DNA from: Lingula anatina
Taxonomy: Eukaryota; Animalia; Brachiopoda
Assembly: GCA_051362555.1 (NCBI GenBank)
Contig: CM120642.1
Location: 25,668,001-25,732,000, forward strand
Direction: 5' to 3'
DNA length: 64,000 nucleotides
Under the pieces are notes generated by a model, which saw nothing but the letters and a program-made list of their open reading frames with translations, was not told where the DNA came from and did not search any database. A program made the translations under genes and the position numbers. Below are positions 1 to 12,939 of the stretch, in pieces; within the stretch, counting starts at the first letter, position 1; each line of letters begins with the position of its first letter.

Positions 1-43
1 TAAAATACCCCAATTACTTCTGCAAAGGAATTATCTCAGAATG

Positions 44-3000
44 TTATGTCTTCGTGGAAATTTTATTTATAACTACAATAGCGAACATGGCGAGGCCACA
101 TATTAAATACCCAACTGCTAATATCACAAATACCAATGAGTAGGAGTTCTGCCAGTCGTATATAGCACCTGAAATCATGAAAAAATATCCTGCATTATCG
201 ATTTGGTATGCATTTTGATGCAAAACATTATCCACTTACATATTGTAAAAAGAAATTGCGATCCCTAGAAAAGAAGCGATTCTTTGTTGTCAAATTTTAT
301 TTTTTAAATGCCCAAGTTGCTAGGATACTTAACTTATACTGACAGTTTTGTACGATATATAGAAATAATTATTTTAAAACAAATGCTTCTTAATTATGTT
401 TAATTTCATACCTGATAGATACGGCGCTACGGCCATTCCAACGTATGTACCGCCACTGCAGATGACATATACTTGTTGCACGTTTTGCCCAGACATAACT
501 TCTGAGCATGACGCATACATAGCAGAGAATAATGGACCCTGACCAAAACCTAGAACTGTTATCAGAACGGAAACGTTGCATTAGCATTGCTTTGGAGAAT
601 CCACGATATGAAACGGAGAAATATGGGTTGGGAAGTCGGAAAGGGTAGAAAAACCCCTTCTTCTAAGCATTTAAGTTCTGTTCACCAATTCTTGGGCATA
701 CCAAATGCAGTACGCCTATACTGTCTATATCCGACTCATCACGTCATAATTTTTAGGATGATAAGTCTTATTGAATATTTGATATATATTTTTATTCCTA
801 AGACCAAAACATTTAATACAGGCAACAATTTGCTATATTGTTATTATTGTTAAAATGACTAGGATAGTGGGACTAAATAATAAAAGCGGTCTTGTTTGGC
901 CAAATCTCGAACAATCTATATTCATTGTTGTCTTCTTTCTTGTTATGAATGGGACTTTGATAGTTTGTGGTATACTGGGATGGAGGAGACATAAATCTAG
1001 AGTGTTACTTTTCCCTCTTGGGAAGGCATGGGTACTGGATACATCTTAACGAAAGATGTACCAATACATTAAATATACAGGTGTAGTAACGTTTACAGTG
1101 TCAAGGGACAATCATAGCAACTACCATGCTTAATTTATCACATCATATTAATCACAATTTCAAGTTCAAACATATCCACTATGGAATCATTTCAAATGTA
1201 CCTATACTATACGGTATAAACGCTGTAGGTGACGTGGCAGCATATCCCAAGAGCATGTTTGCCGCTAAGATTAACGCCAAAACTGCGTGTATCTTCAATA
1301 TATGTCCCTTCACACGGTCCCCAACTAGGGTTGTGGCTAAACGACTAAAGAAATTACAAACTGCCTCTGTCGTCATAAACCTAACTGCCACATAGGACGG
1401 TAAACCCATGTCTTCTAAGTGCTTGATCTGTAAAAAAAATCAAACATAATTGTATATTATCCAAATTGGACACACACATATACATAATTGTCATTTTCAA
1501 TTTCTCCTTCTTCTGTTAAGGACAACTCCATGGGATTTAACCGCCAAAAATGATTTTACCGGGGAAACAAGCTGGTACCAACGAATCATATATCTAGCCC
1601 TCTTTATCTGGTCATCTGTGCACTTGAATTCGACCTTTAATTAAATCTTTATTGGTTGATTTAGTTTAAAATGATTGGTCAGTCATTATTACCAGCAGCC
1701 ATCTTCCTTAGTTTAATGGAAGTATCAACATACGGTACGTTCCAGAAAAATATTTTTAAAGGGGTAAAATCGTACTTAAGGTGTATGCAAGGTTTTATAA
1801 GAAGCTGTGGATGGCAAAAAAGCATTTTGGGGATTTCCAAACCCATGGAGTGTGCCTTTTAAATTTGCACTTGAAGTCCAAAGGCACGTGGCAACGCAAA
1901 ATACGCATTAAAATAATACAAGAAATATATTCACTTACTCTTAATACCTTTAAGACATTTTTGTTTGGAATTTGATTAAGAAGCATTTGGTAAAAATAAA
2001 AATAATAATAAAAGGGCCACTATATTTGACAAAAGATCTTTAACCCAAAATGTTGACAGTGCAAAGTTTTCAGCATTTTTACCAAAATTCCAGTCGAGTT
2101 GCTATGCCCAAATCCGTTTGCAACATTACTTAGAAACCACATTGACAGTATGCAAATTTGCTGACCACACCCAAAAACCTTCTTGTCTGCTTCTTGATTT
2201 TCTGGTCCTGCTTGAGTGCCAGGCCTTTGGAACGATCCAAGTGGTAATAACACTATAAAATACTTCCCATTAAAGAAATTGCAAAATCATACCAATTATA
2301 TTTTGCTAGATGTATGGGCGGCCAAAAGGGCAAAAATTCACGTCGTCGATTCAGTCATGTTTCGTCGATTCACTGCCTTTCCATCGATTCAGTTTCAAGT
2401 TTAAACGAGTCTATCATAAATTCAGCATCTATTTTCGGCAATTCTCGTCTACTGGCGATCGATCGATGAATGATGAAGTGACGTTGCAGGATCGATGAGC
2501 AAAAGTTAGACGATCGACGAGAATAGTAACAGCATTGGTTTTAATACACCGTTGACGAGAAATGTTTGAAAATTGACGAAAATTAATGCTGAATTTATAA
2601 CAGGCTTGTTTGACCTTGAAACTGAATCGATGGGAAGGCAGTGAATCGACGAAACTTGACTGAATCGACGACATGAATTTTTGCCCTTTTGGCCGCCCAT
2701 ATAGATGCAACTAAAGTTAAACGATATATACAGAGATGTTTTCTCCTAGACGCCAAATATGTCCATATAGGCCTACTACATAGAATTTCTTAAATGAAGA
2801 TAGCTTCTTTATTCTGGCAATGGAAATCAACATACTTAAAAGGATAATAACTCTTCATATGAGATCTATATTTCACAATAAAAACATTGTGAATAACTCA
2901 TGGAAATATAATATATTCTGTTTTACCACAAAAACGGCAGTTATAGCTATTATTCTGATATCTGAGCTTGTCTTTAGACCACGTGACCTCCATTGATGGC

Positions 3001-4359
3001 TATACAAAAAAAAAAAAACAACTTTTTTTTGGATTCATTAACCATTGGTGAGTATGGGAAAATTGTTGTTTACTCCAGGAAAATTGATTTATTGGCCGAA
3101 ACGAAGAGTTATTATCCCTTTAATATACATGTGACTGTTTCATTGTAGCAATGTTTTTACTTACCAGAAACAAGAAAAAAACCGCCGAGTACAAGATAGC
3201 CATATCTCCAGCCAAGCGTTCGGAACAGCCATTCAATAAGATTAGCATAGACGACCGTGCCTAATAATTTAGTGATGTCATCTATATCACTGAATCCCAC
3301 TTTTTTATTGATTTTTAAAGCTAACATTTTTTAAAAATATTATATACGATAGAGTAAGTAAATTTCAAAACACCTCAAGTGAGAATGAAATGCTGTTAAA
3401 TTGAGAAGCAGAGAAATTATCATAACCGCAGTTAAAGCAACACGCTGCCAAATTAGGTTTTATTCTTAAAAATAAATTTCACTGTCTTAGAGATGTTGGT
3501 AAGTTACATACCGTATGTATGTTATATAACCTTGATGTGATATTACAAATTATTATTTTTTAAATATCACATGTAGCACAATCCATACGCGAAAAAAACA
3601 TATGAATTACTTGCCAGCAACCATAGCAAGTCGATTAAAACTTGTGGCCAAAACATGGTATCTGTGATCCCAAGGGAACCATTCCGCTATCCTGAAGGTG
3701 TACTCCAGTCTAATGATAGTAATGGAAAATCCAGTCATGATGCCGTGTGTAAATATAAGAAATGTCGCAGAGGGCGCTACGGATGACAAAACCAATCCTA
3801 GAACCAGTACAGCTGCGAACGTTATGATCTTTAACTTTGGGATGATTACTGACACTTCTTTCGCGGATAAACATACGAGTGCAGCAGAAGCGTACATTAT
3901 GCTCGGAATGAGACCTGAAATTATGAAATAAAAATGAATATTGGTTCATGTCACACTTACAAAAGCCATATGAATTAACCTTATATATATTTAGACCACG
4001 GTGGAAGTGAAGATCAAAAGTCTCAGACGTGGTGTAACTCGCATAACCGCACGTCTCACATGAATGCGTTATAACCCTCTGATAGACCCGTGGTCTAAAT
4101 AAGATAGATCCCTCGTCAGCGAGGGTTATGTGACATCCACTCGTGCTACGCACTCGTGTATGCCACATAACCCTCGCTGAGTCGGGGTCTATCTATTACA
4201 TATAGTGAGTATAATTCATTTACCTATTATAGCAAGACTTCCACCCAAGTCAGGATCCCCTGCAAAAGCAGCGTTAAACACACCCCAGCTCATGTAAAAT
4301 CCATTAAAAGTCATGGAATACATAGATGAGGCGAAAACAAACTTCCATCCATAATACAT
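44..4359 (-). CDS. MFS transporter, monocarboxylate transporter (SLC16)-like, 7 exons, ~398 aa (copy 1, intact)
   Basis: Exons 4359-4224, 3914-3615, 3260-3165, 2252-2083, 1427-1202, 555-412 and 168-44 sum to 1197 nt in one open frame (MYYGWKFVFASS...FTHGIMTGF...AEWFPW...GWRYGYLVL...GAIYDWQNSYSLVF...). Exons 2-6 match the plus-strand paralog in size once the insertion is removed. Many hydrophobic helices, with MCT-like motifs (GWR, GAIYD..SY). The intron 2 donor is GC. Confidence 0.85.
2313..2701. mobile_element. Palindromic MITE, IS3EU-like (TATGG ends, 6-bp TSD)
   Basis: Long TIR TATGGGCGGCCAAAAGGGCAAAAATTCA... at both ends, flanked by the direct repeat TAGATG (2307-2312 and 2702-2707). Lies in an intron of the transporter gene. 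Confidence 0.85.
3985..4198. repeat. Nested-hairpin interspersed repeat (non-autonomous element remnant)
   Basis: ATTTAGACCACGG...CCGTGGTCTAAAT inverted pair, followed by a second hairpin ATAGA...CAGCGAGGGTTATGTG...CACATAACCCTCGCTGA...TCTATCT. Confidence 0.5.
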
Positions 4360-5431
4360 CCTAGATATGTGCACTATGCTAGTACACTGACACTACGTAG
4401 ATTTTTGCTTCATGGCTAAGTGACCCCAATGAAACCCTTTCAACCGTAACGGGTCCGTGCGACATTTCATCTGAATTAACACTGAGCGATCTCACCCTGA
4501 GCACTATCTAGCTGCTGGCAAGCAGAACCGGTTATCAAAAAGGTACACTGTACAATAATATTGTGGGACAAAGAAAAGTTATGTGTAGTCAAACGACATT
4601 TTATGGCAACAACAATCTCCAGAACTTATTTACGCACATGCGCATTCAGCACATGCTCAATTCTACCCTCGAGGGGTAGTCTCCGTTGAGGCACATGTTG
4701 CTACTTATATCATGGGGCGTCACTAGACCCCATTTTGCGCTCGATTCAGTCTGTTGATGCGCACGATACGATTAAGCTAGAAGTTATCTCCAACCTTCAA
4801 CTTAAATCTTCAGTTAAAAAATTTCATCGGGTTTTACTTCGATGAGAAATTCCCAGCAGTTCAATCGATCTGTTGAAGCGTTACAACACGTTTACAACAT
4901 TTTACGACAGTGAAATATTCTGTAAAACTTCAAGCAGGGATCAACCGCACAACTGTCCACTGTTGCATGAATGCTGTTATAGTTATTTTCTCTACTGATT
5001 ATAGTAGTTGCTGTTGCCAAAACTGCCATTGTCCATGGGTTTCTTGTTTGCTTCTGATAGTGGTCACGGCGACTGCACAAAAAAGGGGTCCTTATAGAAT
5101 ACCCAGACACCTAGGCCTATATTTTACTACTGTATACCACTTGGGCACCTGCTTTGCCGATTCAGTTACCTACTTTAAGTTTCAGACTTCTATGATATTC
5201 CTTGTCAGTCTTTTCACTTTTACGGGTAGATACATTGTACCAGTACAAGTGTAGAGAATCTTGCTGACTTGCACATCATTATAAACCAGCTTAGTCCAAA
5301 ACTCAAACGCAGCCTTGCTCATCACCTATTCAATTGTTTATCACTGAAATAACCATTTATACCTACTGTTTACTTATCATTGAGTTAAACATTTATAACT
5401 CTGTTTATTAGTCTTGTAAAGAAAATGGTCT

Positions 5432-5598
5432 CAGGAGCGGATTTAGGCCGTCTTCTGGGTCTTCTGGAAGACGGTCAAATTTTCAAGTTTACATTGTCAG
5501 CCACCTAATGTTTTCTGTCGGAAGATGGTCAAAAATGGAAGATGGATCAACAAAGATAATTTGGAAGACTCTCAGAAAATACTCTGGATCCGCTCCTG
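5432..5598. mobile_element. hAT-like MITE
   Basis: TIR CAGGAGCGGAT / ATCCGCTCCTG, flanked by GGTCT on both sides (5-bp TSD). Confidence 0.7.
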
Positions 5599-6404
5599 GG
5601 TCTTATCAACCCCCACCCTTCACACATCACGAGTATTGGGGTTCACTTACTTTGCAACACCACAAACGAAATTTGTTCAAATTTGTTTGTAAATAATAAC
5701 TTTTGCTGACTCGTCACATCATAATTTTTTATGTGAAGTCTTCATGAATATTTGATATACATTTTTATCCCTAAGGCCATAACATTTTATACAGATAACA
5801 ATTTGCTACATTGTTATTAATGTTAAAATACTCCAATCTAGAGTATACAGTGCAGAATAGAAAAAAAGTGGCTTTGAAACTTTTACTAAGGTTAGTTAAT
5901 TTATTTTTGGGACAATCAATTAATTTTTGTGAAAAAAATTCCTTTAAAAAGTCGAATAAAGACCATTGGTGCATGACATGATTTTATGTGTCTCTTTACG
6001 TATTGCGTTAGGGGTGACCTTTTTTTAGTAGGGGTATATATATATATATCAACACACATATTCTCTATAAGCAGAATATTCAAAAGGAGTAAAACTTGAT
6101 TTGGCTAAAACAAAAAAAAAAAAAAAAATGTGCATGGAGGTATATAATATTCATCAGTTGTATAATAAACCCGGTAATTAAATATTATTTATGGTCGAAC
6201 CGTTCTCTCAGATATCACATTTAACTGTTTGAAAAAAGACTTTTTTTATAGAGATCCGAGGGAGAGGACTATGCTATATGTACCCTGGTACACTGTCCCC
6301 CAAGATGCATTTCAGAATTATCAGTTTTTACAACTTTCTCCCATGCAATATGTTCTTGTTGTCTCAACCTCCCGAAGACCTGCCTCATACGACCCATATC
6401 TACC

Positions 6405-6657
6405 CAGGGGCGGTTCCAGGATTATTTAAAGGGGGATCCAGGTTTCTTTAAGAATGACAGGCGATGCGAAGGTGGCTCTTGCCCCTTTGGTGTGGGGTTG
6501 GTGTATTTGGAGGGCAAACGGTGCCATTTGATGCAGTTTAAAACTATGGTTCAGCCATTCAAATTTCTATTATTAAGAGGGGGATATTGGTGTGAATTTT
6601 TCTAGAAACCGAGGGGGGGTCATGAACCCCCTCACCCCCGTCCTGAATCCGCAACTG
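6405..6657. mobile_element. hAT-like MITE (CAGGGGCGG family)
   Basis: Imperfect TIR CAGGGGCGGTTCCAGGA / TCCTGAATCCGCAACTG with 6-bp TSD TCTACC. Related copy at 36856-37119. Confidence 0.7.
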
Positions 6658-6772
6658 TCTACCTGTCTTAGTGACAAGAGTCATAAAAACTCAACGATAG
6701 ACATATAGATAGATAGATAGATAGATAGATAGATTTTTAGAATACAATATTCAAAAAGCAACACCTAACTAA

Positions 6773-7441
6773 AGGCCCTATTTCACACAGACCACGAATC
6801 CCACGAATCGCCAGGAATTGACAAATTTTAGGATTCGTGAGGATTCGTGAGATTTTGCCAATTTTCTGGTCTTATTCGACACGCTCACGATTCACTTACG
6901 ATACAGGTACGATAGTGTTACGAATATTCGTGGGATTCGGCTGGAATCGTGAGATTTTGCCAATTTTCTGGTCTAATTCGACACGCTCTACGATTCAGTT
7001 ACGATACAGGTGCGATAGTGTTACGAATATTCGTGGGATTCGGCTGGAATCGCACGAATATTGTCCAGAAATTCACTACGATTTTTTGGAATCGGGAGTT
7101 CGTGGCCAAAACTATGAACAGCTCAAAATTTTTGCCACGAATTCCCGATTGATCAAGAATTGCAAGAACTTACTACGATTATATACGAATCTGTTAAGAA
7201 CTTCACGAACTGATTACGATTCAACCAAATTTTCAATTCCTGGCGATTCGTGGGATTCGTGGTCTGTGTGAAATAGGGGCATCAAAGTTTTTGCCACCCA
7301 TTCCTGTTGGTCAAGAACTGACTACGAATAGATACGAATCTGTTAAGAACTTCACGAACTGATTACGATTCAACCACGAATGGTGAAATTTGTCAATTCA
7401 TGGCCATTCGTGGGATTCGTGGTCTGTGTGAAATAGGGCCT
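6773..7441. mobile_element. PIF/Harbinger-like MITE with internal tandem repeats and a duplicated right end
   Basis: TIR AGGCCCTATTTCACACAGACCACGAATCCCACGAAT with TAA TSD. The right TIR occurs twice (~7250-7281 and ~7410-7441). Near-identical family member at 31115-31638. Confidence 0.85.
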
Positions 7442-8685
7442 TAACAGAGACGGGAGGTCAGGTGGTCCGAATGCAAACAGCCGAGCGTGAGAAATGCTCT
7501 AATCCAATTAGCTTTTGGTCTTGTAACGCGTTGTCAGTCCTTTCGTTTTGTTCGCCCAAGTTTAAATCGGCTATCTATATGTTCTGTGTACCGTATGCCA
7601 GATTCATTCTTTATCGCACTATAGAATGCACTATAAAATGCATTGCTCTGCCGTTTGTCGACGATCACCCATGCGATCTTGTAACAATTAAATGTAGAAA
7701 CGACACCTGTATTCGGGTTCTATTACACATCTACAATGTATTACGGATGGAAGTTTATATTTATTTCAGTCTTATTTTTTATGACCTCTAGTGGATTTAA
7801 CATGAGCTGGGGTGTGTTTAACGCTGCTTTTGCCCAGGATCATGACCTACGTGTACAAGTAGGTGGACCCCTTGCGACCATAGGTAAATATCTTTGTCAT
7901 CCCAGTCATCAAACGGTAAACAGTGATACGTTTATGAATTTTAGTAACATGATATTTATGGCGAAAAAAAAAAAAAAAAAAAAACCGTAGAGTGTTTACC
8001 AGTCGGTACGTGTTAGGACCAGTCTAAGTGTTTTAATACAGATGATCTGAAAATGGCCTTATTTGCTATGGTCCATTTCACACCAAGCAGTTTACCTACC
8101 AATACAGCCTACGTGTATGGGTAGTAGCACAGTTTATTTAATTGCCTCCTGCTTTTTAGTTCAGTTATTATTTGCAGCAGACGTGGAGAATCCGTTTATA
8201 CGGCTCTCTTAGCTAAATTGCAGGCAGCCTTATAGTACAGATCATAGACAAACGATATTACCGGGTATGTGCAAATGCACCAGTATTAAGTTGGGGACAT
8301 TTTGGTATTTGCATGACGTCCCAGTTGTAGGTGGAAGCCTTGACAACAAGTTGATCTGTGTAGTAGTGTTATTTATAATGATAGAATATAAAACTGTTCA
8401 ATTTCTACACAATAAGCTGAAGGTAAGCGTGTTATATATACATGTGTACATGTATATATACTAGCAGTGTCACCACATTTAATAAGCTCCTTACCCAACA
8501 AATCAATGATTTTCGATAATTCCAGGTCTCATTGAAAGCATGTTATTCACCTCTGCTGCTTTTGGATGTTTAGCCGCCAAAGAAGTGTCTGTGATCAAAC
8601 CAAGAATCAGAGTCATAACGTTCATGTCTGTATTAGTCCTCGGATTAGGCCTGTCATCCATAGCGCCATCTGCGACGTTCCTTAT

Positions 8686-10858
8686 AGACCTTTTTCATCT
8701 TTTGCGGAAATACGAAGTGAGCATGACAGGAACCGCGCGCCACAGGGGTCATAGTGGTCCTCTGCTGTTTCCAGCATGGCAATGCTAGGTGTAGATGATG
8801 TACAAGGTGCGCATATAAAAGGTCGCATGAAGCGTGCATGGCTTTCTGTCAAACTAAAAAGGTGGCTGAAGCACAGAAATGCGTAAACTGTAGGCAAGAA
8901 ACAGCTATTTGGACGGAGAATCAAGCAATTAAATATTTTCTTTCTCAGTTTAAATACGATGCGCTTTACAACTAGACTTCACCTAAGCGTCCGAGCCTTG
9001 GCTGTACTTTCAATAGTGATGACGAACTAAAGCTTCGGAGTTCTTTTAAATGCTTCCGATAATAAAGATATGCGAAAGAGACTCTTTATTTTTTATATAT
9101 AAAATCAAAAAAGCCAGTAGACTCGTACACAGCTTTCAAGAGTGTGGACAGGTGCGCAGGCCTACGTCTTCACAATTTTGTACATGTATATATGCAAGCT
9201 GTGGCGATATCACCTCATGTACCGGCAGTGTCAATTCATTACGATTTTTATGTCTTGTTTGAAGGATAGGCCTATCTTAAGAGATTTTTAGAGTGATAAA
9301 ATGAAAAGATTTTCTGCATTGTTTGACTCGTAGCTACTGTGTATACAGGTAAAACTGACACGCAGATCGTTCGTCGATGAACTTAAATCGTTTGGTACCT
9401 GATAAGGCATCAGGTGTTACTTGTTCAATTGTTCGGTAAGGCGGGCGGCCACAACTACGACCTTTCCTCTGTAATTAAAACCTTTTAAGAGTTAAATAGG
9501 TGAGACAGGAATTCTCGACTCTTTCCCAGTCGATAATTAAAGTATACCGTGTCTTACTCTAGTAGGCCTATATGTACAAAATTTACGACAGGTAAAAAAT
9601 GTCAGCCTTTCGGTCTGACAAGTATGAAAATTTTGTCAAACTGAAACAAAAACAAAATTGTAGCAAGAGGCCAAATTATTTGATTTTTAAATGTTTTCAT
9701 GCGTATTTTCATCGTTTTCAATCACAGACAATTAAATCATTCAAATAAAGTGTTTCCCACACATTTCATACTTTTCAACTATCTAAGACAGTTAAATATA
9801 CGTAGGCCTACTTTAATACTAAGCATATTTGTATTACTTTACAAAATACGTTGTTGGATTATGTTTATTATCCATTTTGTCTTTACCATAAATGTAATTA
9901 TGTACGTGTAGCTTACAGAAAGGCTTTTCTGCATTTTTTGTATTTTCCAATTCTCTTGTCATTGAGTTCAGAAATAAATAACTTTTTATTTCGCCGATAA
10001 CGCGTTCAACAAGAGCCGATGTACTTTCTTCTTCGTATGTCTCTGTTGATCTTGATAATATGAGCCCCGTTTGTACAAATCAGTAATACGTATACGGGAC
10101 TGAATGCATAATAATAAAAATTTTATTAACGTCTCACGTTAAAAAAATAGAACCCACCCTGCTAAGGATTATTAGAGACTAAAACCTGTGATGGGCCTAC
10201 AACATTTAAAATGATCACTTATCAATAAAACACACACAAAAAGGATATTACATACAAAACTTTTCAAACCTTCTCTTTGTTGTTACACAAAAAGGCGTGA
10301 AAGTTCTTTGAAAGTTCTTTGAATTTTTTGTAAGTAGAATCCCCGTGTAAAACTTCACAGCTTTAACTTTCTTTTTCCATAATCTCATGCTTGAAGTCTT
10401 TTCTTAATTTTTAGGCCCCGGCCTATTCTTCATTTTTTTCTTCAAATCTTTATAATGTTTTTTTTTCTCGCATTTTTTACCCCCGAGTTCTATTTGCCGA
10501 TAGTTAGTTATATTCGTTGTTTAACTAAGCATTTCTGTTTTTTATTAAAGCACCGCGTTGATCTCCTAATATTATAGTTTTTCTTCCCGCCTTCGAAATG
10601 TTCAGCGCAAACGCGGTGCCCTGCTTTTGATCCAAACATGCTATATTTTCCTTTCTTTCTACCATATTTTTCATTCTAACGGGTTTGTTGGGAACTTATT
10701 AAACCTCATGTGTCGATCTCGCTTACTGTTATTGTAGTAGCGGGACAAAAAGCACGTAAACCCAGCCATGGTTTTTAGCACCGCTGTAAGTGTTTCGACG
10801 TAGCAGGGCTCCCCTACCCACAATGCAATTTCAATTTCCGGAAAAGATGAAAAAGGCT
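8686..10858. mobile_element. Non-autonomous DNA transposon (~2.17 kb, Harbinger-like ends) inserted in a coding exon
   Basis: TIR CCTTTTTCATCTTTTGCGGAAAT / ATTTCCGGAAAAGATGAAAAAGG with a short A/T target duplication. The uninterrupted exon is seen in the paralog at 3615-3914. No transposase ORF found. Confidence 0.85.
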
Positions 10859-12716
10859 AATATTTACACACGGCATAATGACTGGGTTCCCCATTGCCAC
10901 CATTCGACTGGTATACACCTTCAGGATAGCGGAATGGTTTCCTTGGGATCACAGATATCATGTTTTGGCTACAAGTTTTAATCGACTTGTAATGGCTCCT
11001 GGTAAGTTACTTATCTTTTTCCTGTTTATAAATTGCTGTAATATAAAGTTTTAGTCCACTTGTTATGGCTTCTGGTAAGTTATTTACTTTTTTTCTGTTT
11101 GTAATTTGCCGTGTTATAAAGATGGCGCATTCCCAAAATTACATGGAAGCAAAGACACCTTTGACCTGTTGACATTTCTCACCCAACGTTCGGTTTTGTC
11201 ACAAAATGGTAAATTTGTGTTACAACTACATCACGACAGCAATTTTTAGTTTTTGTTGTCTTGCGTGAGGGGTCTGTCATTGGATACTCTAAGAGAATAT
11301 TTCAGCCTATGAAAAACAGTAGTATTTTTAAGTATTTTACGACAGTAAACTAAATGCAATTTATGTTGAAGATGTTAAACATTCTATAATAGCAATTCTC
11401 GCTGTCTGAGAAAGTATAAAGGTACATTTATACAAACTTTCAATTATTGATAGAGAGATACAAACGGTATAAGGACGGAATAATTCCAAATTATTATTAT
11501 TATTTATTTATTTTTTTGATAAGGTACAGTTCTCTATGCAAATCTTATTGAATGGCTGTTCCGGACGGTAGGCTGGAGATATGGCTATCTTGTACTTGCT
11601 GGCATTTTTCTTGTTTCTGGTAAGTACATATTTGCATTTATAAGCATCCTTCTTATTCAATGGATTATCGATCTGTCTCTTTTTTTCACAGTACTATATA
11701 TATACTACCCTACCAAAACGTGTCACTTTATGTACAATGCTACAAGGGTACCCGTGTCGTGAGGTGCGTACAAAAATAAGAGCTTACTTCAGTTTCTTTA
11801 CTGTGGTCGCGCAGTTTATTCATTGGTTGCACCAAAATTCCTGGTTGTACCAATAGTAAAATTATGTGAACAAAATCCTTCTAGAATTTAATAAAAAGCG
11901 TTGGTTTATGTCTAAATTTTCTTTGTAATTTTGCACATTGCAAAAGGGGTGTATATAGTAGACCTTTTGACTTGGGGCGTATTTTTTCAATAGAAGAACA
12001 TGTATTTATCGTATAAACTGTTTGTATTAAGTGGTGAGCGCCTACGACACAATTAGAGAATGAAGCATTCACAAACAAAATGTTATCACAGCTAATCTAC
12101 TGCATTTGTTTCAAGACGGAAATATTGGCATGGTTCTAAAATATAATGACATATTTTCTTTTAAGCGTTATTGACCCTTGGATGGTTCCAAAATCCTGAC
12201 ACTCAAGCTGAACCAGAACGTAAAAAGGAAGACCGCGACTTTTTTGGAAGGGGCCAGCAAATTTTCATACTGTCTATGTGGTTTCTTAGTAATGTAGCAA
12301 ATGGAATTGGACATGTCAACTCAACTGGGATTTTGGTACAGATGATTAATATTTTCAACTTAAATGTCACCATAATTTTTATTTATATGAGCTAATCTAT
12401 GCGTTATATACGATATATGATAACGATGTGCCCGGTTTGTGTATTTCCCGATCGATATAGTCATTTATTTGTACACTTTTCTCGTGATCGAAAATGACCC
12501 TAGATTTTTAAGCGTATTCACGAGGACCAGTTTGAATACAATTGCGACTTGAAATATTAGTAAGCAACATCTAAATACTCCCCTGGAAATAACGTAGTAC
12601 TAGAAAGTTACAGTTCCGATTAGTTATAGATACGAACACTGCAATATGTGCATAATTTTCAACTTATTCAACTTGAGCTCTCACCTGTATACGTTGTATA
12701 CGCTGTATATTTTTGA

Positions 12717-12939
12717 CCCCATTCCCATAGATTCTAGATCGATCTATCCCTGTGGGGAGTCTCACTAGATTACTGTCAGCTTAGCCGGCTTAAGCGTCTG
12801 TTCCGCCTACTAAAAGCTGTAAGGGGGTAATTAACTATGGTGCGCGCTTGGCTGACTGCAATTTAGCGTGAACCCCCAGGGAGTTAGGTCGATCTAAATC
12901 TAAATCTCTGGATCGATCTAAACATCTGGGAATGCACCC
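12717..12939. mobile_element. Short MITE remnant
   Basis: Inverted ends CATTCCCA...TAGATCGATC / GATCGATCTA...TGGGAATG. Confidence 0.45.

Noticed and set aside
6837-7271. 144-aa ORF, and regularly spaced repeats resembling a CRISPR array
   Set aside because: Internal tandem repeats of a MITE with no unique spacers; eukaryotic context; no cas genes.
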